Source: Chrysomallon squamiferum (lineage: Eukaryota > Animalia > Mollusca). Taken from it: a DNA stretch of 64,000 bases. Positions 57,163 through 64,000 of the stretch are shown here, piece after piece. The DNA lies in assembly GCA_012295275.1 (NCBI GenBank), contig CM022678.1, forward strand, positions 16,616,001 to 16,680,000, given 5' to 3'. A program made the translations under genes and the position numbers. The notes under the pieces are model-generated. The model did not search any database. It saw nothing but the letters and a program-made list of their open reading frames with translations, and had not been told where the DNA came from. The stretch's first letter is position 1. Every line of letters starts with the position of its first letter.

Positions 57163-57904
57163 AAAAAAGAGAAAGAAAGAGATCGTTATAAAGCAGAGAA
57201 GGACTGAGAATTGAGAGTTAAGGAGAGAAAGAGAGATACATTTATAAAGCATAGAAATAATGACAATGTGTCAATGGACAGGGAAAGTGAGAAAGAAAGA
57301 TTGATGATAACAGTAAATTTTGTTCTCATCATCTCCTGGGATATTTTCATTCATCACATTATCACATACACGTAATCGCTGATAACTTTAATTATACATA
57401 GCTATCACTGAAACAACGGAAACACTTTTTCATTAATACATTTGAACTGAAAAGCACTCACAATTAAATAATATTAAACCCTATTGATTTTGTACTGGCG
57501 TCCCTAAGGTTTGAAGTCACAAGGTCTAAATGTCCATAAAATAACTTGCAGATGGCTAAGAGACTTTGACAAGACTTCTAGTGTTGTGACAAGACAGAAT
57601 CACGTACGTTGCATGTGACATATAAAAGTTATAACAGTTTAAACGACAGTCCATTATACATTTCTCAGCATAGAGTGACTGATTTGCTATGGCTGAAGAA
57701 AATATCTCATCAGTATGCTGTCTGTCTCGGTGTATATATATATATATTTGTTATACCGAGAAAGAAATTCAGATATGTACAAAGACAGACTGAGGATCAG
57801 AAAGAGACAGCAACAGAAAGGTGAAATAAATAAATGAAATATATATTAAATAATAATAAAAAATAAATAAATATATAAATTAAAATAATAAACATAAAAG
57901 AAAT

Positions 57905-58033
57905 AAAAAGTTGGGGTTGAAATGTTGCCCCCAATACCATATTACGTAGTTTGTAACGACCGCACAGTCAGGATTTGACTCCCCACAGTACGAGCCGTGA
58001 CTCACCACGCTCACCGCTCTGCCAAATCTCGAC
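57905..58033 (-). pseudogene. Degenerate tRNA-derived element at the array edge
   Basis: The A box is intact. The B box has lost a T (GGAGTCAAATCC) and the 3' hairpin is partly deleted. Confidence 0.55.
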
Positions 58034-58381
58034 GACAACGATAAGTTCTAATTTAAGCTATACAACCCGCATTCAAACTCAACTGATTAAACTATATACG
58101 TAAAATGATTTAAAATTGCAGGCAAAAAATATATTGTCTTGATATAGAAACCTACACACACATACAAAAAGTAAAAAGTTAATAAATTTCAAAGTTAATT
58201 ATAAAAATGTTATTCTATGTTTATAATTAAAATGCGTCAGTGGAAAGAGGGGATTTCCCTTTTTTACTTGTTTCGTTTGTGTGAGTCGAATTAGCTGAAC
58301 ATTCCGAGAAACACCTCAAGTGTGACATGGATAGTTTATACGATTGATTAAAATAAGACACACACTCATACACACACACAC

Positions 58382-58415
<34 letters not shown>

Positions 58416-59054
58416 ACACACAGAGAGAGAGGTAGCACGAAGTTTCACAGACGAGCTGTTACTGGGTTGGATGGCGCGGAAGAGGATAGATCCAGTGACC
58501 CCAGAGACGAATTTAAAAATGTTTAGGGTAAATAAAACATGTTGGACAGTACTACTCTTCTTTCTGCTGTAGCTATTACTATTGCTACTACGACTACGAC
58601 TACTACGAATATCACACAACAATAACGTATCAATAGGGGTGTACTTTCTAAAACGTTTCCTATCATTATAATAATCACATACTACTACTACTGTTACTAC
58701 TATTACTACTATTAGTACTAATACTGCTACTACTACAACTAAAATCAATGCTGCAACAATAATGATGTACTGACACGTTTTAAGTTACTAAACGTTTATT
58801 ATTACTTACCATATTCTATTCCTACTATTAGTACTAGTACATTTATTATTGTCTTTGTATGTGTATATATATTTTTGTGTGTATGTATATGTGTTTATAG
58901 GTGTATATATTTTGGTGGATATATGTATCGTCATTCGTGTGTGTGTGTGTGTGTGTTTGTGCACGCATAATGTTTGAGATTCCTTCAGCAGAGAACAGTC
59001 CAGTGGAATACGTCCTTTCTGAGCATATAACACATACAATTAATATAGCAGAAA

Positions 59055-59260
59055 CACATGGTACCCAGACATTGTACTGATAAGAGAAATCTTAATATAC
59101 AGAGACAGATATACATGTTTTATTTTACTTCACTTTAATTTAATTTATATTGATTTCATTTCCATTTATTTCATTTCATTTTAATTCGATTATTTAAATT
59201 CATTCAATTTGTCTTCATTTATTTATTTTACTTTTGTTTTGTTTTATTGCATTTTACTTT
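59055..59260. repeat. Block Y, inverted paralog of 41880-42060
   Basis: 'acccagacattgt.ctgat' and 'tacagaga...tacatgttttа'-type motifs match the reverse complement of 41995-42060. Confidence 0.7.
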
Positions 59261-60244
59261 ATACTATTTTATTTTCTACTATTTTATTTTATTTTTTCTT
59301 TATTTTATTTTTTATTTTGTTTAATTAAATTTATTTTAATCTTATTTCAAATCAGTTTATTTCACTTTATTTTAATAAGGAAAAACAATTATTAAAACAA
59401 CAAAAAAAAACCCAATAACATTCCAAAATAACTTAAATGGGATTTGTACATTTCTGTTATATACAAATATAAATGAATGTTAAGTCGGTTGCATTATTTA
59501 CTGTTAATGTGTTTTATACATTGGCAGCTGATTTAAACACTCACATTTGTGTTGACTGTTTGAGTTGTTAAAGGAAAAGTTAAAACCTGTAACATTTAAA
59601 ACGGCGTGTTTTACTTCCTTTCATCCATCAAAGTGATATTCTTTTCACTTTTGTATCACTTTTGCAAATTAATGCGAAATAGAAAAACAAATAAAATAAA
59701 ATATATAAATAAATAAATAAATAAATAGGAAACTATTAAATATTTTGTTCCTCCCTTGCTATGTCCGTGTAGGCCTATACGTACATACATACATGTACGT
59801 ATATATTTATGTATCTATGTATACATGTGTGTATGTATCTATACATGTAGGTATGAATCTGTGCGTGTACATTCGTAACTACATTCAAAGGGAAGTATTT
59901 CCAGTGTAGTATGATCTCTATTCTAAATATAGTCATGCGTGAGTGTAAACTACGAGAAAACGTTTATTTTTATTCGATGACCTACAAGGAAACAGAAACT
60001 GCAAGTAGGACAGAAACTGCAAGTAGGACAGAAACTGCTATGAACAAAAGCACATTCTAGTATTCTTGGAAAAAAATAGGTTTTTTTTTTATTCTTTCTT
60101 TTACTTACGTGTAAAGTATCAAAAGTATTAAGATAGTGTTTCCCGTATAGAAGAACAGATACTGGAAATCGAATAACGTTTTCGCTCACGAATTTACAAG
60201 AACATTGAGATAAACGATTCACGTGGACGGGAGTTTAATTAAAA

Positions 60245-60287
60245 ATGTCCCCGATGACAATTCTACTCTTTGTTTTATCGCAGACAG
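60245..60287 (+). CDS. Probable first coding exon (signal-peptide start MSPMTILLFVLSQT) of the EGF-repeat gene
   Basis: aaaaATG, a short hydrophobic stretch, and a perfect phase-1 donor CAG|GTAAGT at 60288. Confidence 0.55.
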
Positions 60288-61759
60288 GTAAGTGTTTTTG
60301 AATTGTTTAAATATGTATTTGAATCTGTGTGCAGCATTTGCGTGTCAGGTTTGTATGTGCGTACTCGCGCGTGTTTTTGTGTGTTTAGTTTTCTAGAATC
60401 TCTTAAATGTTTAGGCCACATTAAATAACTTTATTGGGCTTTTTTCGTGTTAAAAATAATCTGACAATTTAATGAGAGGACAGGAAAATATAGGATTCAG
60501 AAAATTAAACTGTAAATTTAGTAGTTAAGTATAAGTGAATTAAATATAATTCTACATCGCACACAATTTATAATATTAATATATGTATCCATCTATTTAT
60601 CCAGCTACCTATCTATATAAATGTATGATGTTTCAAATTCAGTGTACGCCGAAATATACGTACATCTGATGATGACAAAAACAAACAATTCTATGCTCAT
60701 CAGAGACTTTGGTATACAAATACATATAGCCGTAGAATTTATTTCTAGTGATTTCTGTTCCTACGTTAAATAATTTGTCTTTATTATTTTTCTTCTTATA
60801 ACAAAATTTTGTGTATTTGTAAATATACTGCATATATAATATTCTCCAAAGTGACTGTATTAATAGTCCATCATACTCTATTGAAAAAACCTTCATAACG
60901 TTTCTCTCCCTATTTCCAAGTAACAGACTTTTTTTCATAAATACATTTTTTTTTCGTTACAAAGATTAATATTTTATATCGAGTAAAACACAGTGAAATT
61001 GAAACTTAAAGCAGCTACACGTCCAAACACTCTGAGACCTATGTCAGCAGAGCGTGTTTTTTGCCGAACCACGTGATATGTCTTGGCCATGGAAGCCGGT
61101 GTACCAGCCTCAAAACATTTAGGCCACGTAAAATAAATTATCAATTTTTTAGTGTTAAAAATAACCGGGAACCCTAATGAGAAAACTGTGACAAGAAAAC
61201 ATAATATTAAAATAATTAAACTGTAAACTTGGTAGTGTACCAGTCTCAAAAAATTGCCACGCATCCAAGTAGAATTTAAAGCATACAATAATAATAATTA
61301 GTTGATTAATGCAAAATGTATATTCGTTAATTACAATGAACGTTGCGTTAAGCATAGTGATGCGCGATTCGTTAGTTAACAACTTAATGACAAGAAATTG
61401 TGTAGTATTTGAAGAAGTCAGTTATGGAGATCAATTCAAGTTGTTTTTTTTTGTGCACATTCAATAATAATTTCGATTTTATTATCCATATAATCTGTAA
61501 ACGTGGTCATTTGTACAATAATCCTTTCTAAATCCTACTTGAATGTGAAACAGTATATCATTTCAAGATACAAATTTAATCTATTGTTTAAGAAAGTAGT
61601 AAAAATAAAGGTAATAGGTTCATAATTTCCCCCTCCCCCGCCAATCTAATTTTAATTAACAACAGTGAGCACAGTTTAAAAATATGTAGGCGATGTCTTT
61701 ATACCGGTATCCATGACCTCTTCTCGAGTAAAGGAAATATTTTCCGGCCTGACACGACT

Positions 61760-62560
61760 TCTATTCTAAATATAGACATATGTCATTGTACAGATATGAG
61801 AAAAAAAAAACATGTTTATTTTTAAATACGATCTGTTCCCCGTAAGTTACAAAAAAACTGAAGCTATAGATAGGGGCCGAAGAAAGCATAAACGATATTC
61901 GTTCTAGTACTTTTTGGATAAGTTTAAGTTGTAGGTGATATATTTTTTTTATTTTTTCGTTTAAACTATTTAACATTTTAAGATAGTGTGTTACGTATAG
62001 TAGAGCAGATACTGCAACTCCAATAACTTTCTCGCTCACGAATTTACAACTACACTGAGATATCCGATTCATGCGGACTGAAGTCGAATTTAAAAATGTC
62101 CTCGGCAATTTCTGTATTCTAGTGGTGTAATTTTTTTTGTTTTATTATCGTGTGAGTGTGCGAGCGCTCGTGTTTGTGTCTATGAGTGTACTCGCCTGCT
62201 TGTGTTTCTTTCTGATATAGAAACATTTAATGTATAGGCCATATAAAATAAATTATTTGTATTGAGTTAAAAATAACCTGGCACCTTAATTAGAAAAGTG
62301 GGAGATGGAAATATAATATCCAGATAATTAGACTGTAAACTTGGTAGTTATTTTTATAAATAAATGACATATAATTCTACATCCCACACAATTTATAACA
62401 TAGAAAAATACAATATTGCACATGTAGACTCTGCTCCGAAAAATACGTACATCTGATTATCAAACACAGCTGTCGCCTAATCGGGATGTTTGGTATAAAA
62501 ATACTTGGAGCCGTAGAATTTATTTCCCGTTCTTAGTGTTCCTAAATTAAATTACTTAGA
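61760..62560 (+). repeat. Diverged tandem duplicate of 59915-60780 (promoter/first-exon region), with the exon disabled
   Basis: Shared motifs ctattctaaatatag, tcgctcacgaatttacaa and gccgtagaatttattt. The ATG at 62096 gives MSSAISVF-stop, and the GTAAGT donor is absent. Confidence 0.75.
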
Positions 62561-63224
62561 AATTTTATTCAGAATCTTACTTTTTATGTAATTAATTACC
62601 TTTTTGTTATACTTTTTTGTTTTAGTAAAGTTTCTTCACTATTTCATTAGACTCTTTCCATTAATATGTCATTGGAAAACTGAATATTCGATATATAGTA
62701 AAACATAGCGAAATTGAAGCTTTAAGCAACCACAAAGTTACACACATGTAGGAGCCTCTAAACACTCATTTACCTCCAAACATTCTTCCAAGTTATGTGG
62801 GTCTATATGTTTAAATATAATTTTTAGCATGCAATAATAAATTTAATTAGTTTAAGCAAAATTTATTTTTGTTAATTACAATCAAGGTCATGTTAAACAT
62901 AATAATTTGGGATTCGTTAACTGTCAACTTCATGAAACTAATTTGTATGGTAAGTGAATCAGTTATGGAGATCAAAGGACATTTTTGATCAAAAGCAATA
63001 AGTAGTTTAAAAATATCTGGAGCAGTGACGCCATGACGTACAGGACGCATCCTTTTGCTCTAAACGAGAGGTCGTTAACTTTTGCACTAGAGTCCATCAG
63101 TAGGCGTTTGATCTGACTACTGTGGACGCTTTGCCTTTAGTGGTAGATCGCAGAGGCCCTAAGCTATGTAAAGCCCATTTATTTCTTCTTCTTCTAATGT
63201 ATATGCCTCTCAACTATTTAACAG

Positions 63225-63502
63225 AAATGTTAAAAAACACAGGAATTGTAAAGGATCATGTCATCAGGTTTCAGGACGATGTCTTCATGGCTGTGTTTCA
63301 GGTTACCATGGTATCTACTGCAACAAATCATGCCCCGCTAACTGTCTGGGAAGTGCATGCCATCAAAACAACAGAACGTGTGTAGACGGATGTGTAACGT
63401 CGTTCTATGGACCGACGTGCTCAAATCGATGCAGTGACAACTGCACTGTATGTGATGCTAATGGGATCTGTATTTTGTCTTCAAATGATAGTCATTACGA
63501 AT
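63225..63502 (+). CDS. Internal exon encoding Cys-rich EGF-like repeats (MEGF10/SREC/Ced-1-like protein)
   Basis: Acceptor tttaacAG at 63224 and donor GTAAGT at 63503. The frame from 63247 reads CKGSCHQVSGRCLHGCVSGYHGIYCNKSCPANCLGSACHQNNRTCVDGCVTSFYGPTCSNRCSDNCTVCDANGIC. It is missing from the ORF track, which lists only other frames here. Confidence 0.85.
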
Positions 63503-63547
63503 GTAAGTATTCAGCACTTTACACGTACAGACACACACAAAGATATA

Positions 63548-63597
<50 letters not shown>

Positions 63598-63754
63598 TAC
63601 ACACACACAAAGATACATTCATATACACACACACACACACACACACACATACATTATACATACATACACGAGAAAAAGTGAATAAATATAAGAAAAAATA
63701 AATAAATGATAAAATTTCTGCTGATGACAGGTTTCTTCTCATTTTGTCTTTGTT

Positions 63755-64000
63755 ATTGATTTGTTAGTTATTGCGTTTATTCTGTTTTCTTTTTCTGATT
63801 AGTTAACTATTGTGATAACAATGTTCTGAGTTTTTATCTATTGTGCAACTATACTGGTATTAGTTAATTATTTTGATAACAACTTTCTAATAGCTTAACT
63901 ATTGCGTATTAGCATTCAGGGTAGATAACTCTTGCGATAGCAACTTTATGATTGGTTAACTATTATGATACGTATTTTCTGATTGGTTAACTATTGTGAT
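63755..64000. repeat. ~30-bp diverged minisatellite (gattggttaactattgtgata...)
   Basis: The motif 'gatt(a/g)gttaactatt(g/a)tgata' is reiterated to the end of the window. Confidence 0.75.

Noticed and set aside
59400-59520. Possible Tc1 terminal inverted repeat remnant
   Set aside because: The resemblance is vague and there is no matching partner near the transposase at 40.9-41.7 kb.
63122-63685. ORF-track proteins 63122-63385 and 63407-63685
   Set aside because: They are wrong-frame readings of the Cys-rich EGF exon plus intronic microsatellite.

Overview
AT-rich, microsatellite-dense eukaryotic DNA. An invertebrate, probably a mollusc, is inferred from the EGF exon, Tc1 and Tx1 sequences. 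Most listed ORFs are simple-repeat artefacts. The window has four parts. (1) 1-30.3 kb is a non-coding region of diverged multi-kb units, arranged as a tandem copy plus a large imperfect palindrome centred near 18.4 kb, with conserved splice signals and promoter-like blocks. (2) 30.9-58.4 kb holds two oppositely oriented arrays of a ~1.9-2.9 kb unit. Each unit carries a ~130-nt tRNA-derived, Pol III-type element (A box, B box, 3' hairpin, T-run) and an upstream block with a GGGATTTCCC kappaB motif. (3) Three different retro-insertions sit at the same site and in the same orientation inside that element: a 5'-complete Tx1-clade LINE, an intact processed NDUFA12 retrocopy (poly(A), 13-bp TSD) and an 18-nt AATAAA+poly(A) stub. 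A decayed Tc1 transposase and a 200-N gap lie between the arrays. (4) 59.9-64 kb contains the 5' part of a secreted or membrane EGF-repeat (MEGF10/SREC-like) gene. The main finding is an apparently sequence-specific retrotransposition system that targets a tandemly arrayed tRNA-like ncRNA gene and also delivers host mRNA to that site.
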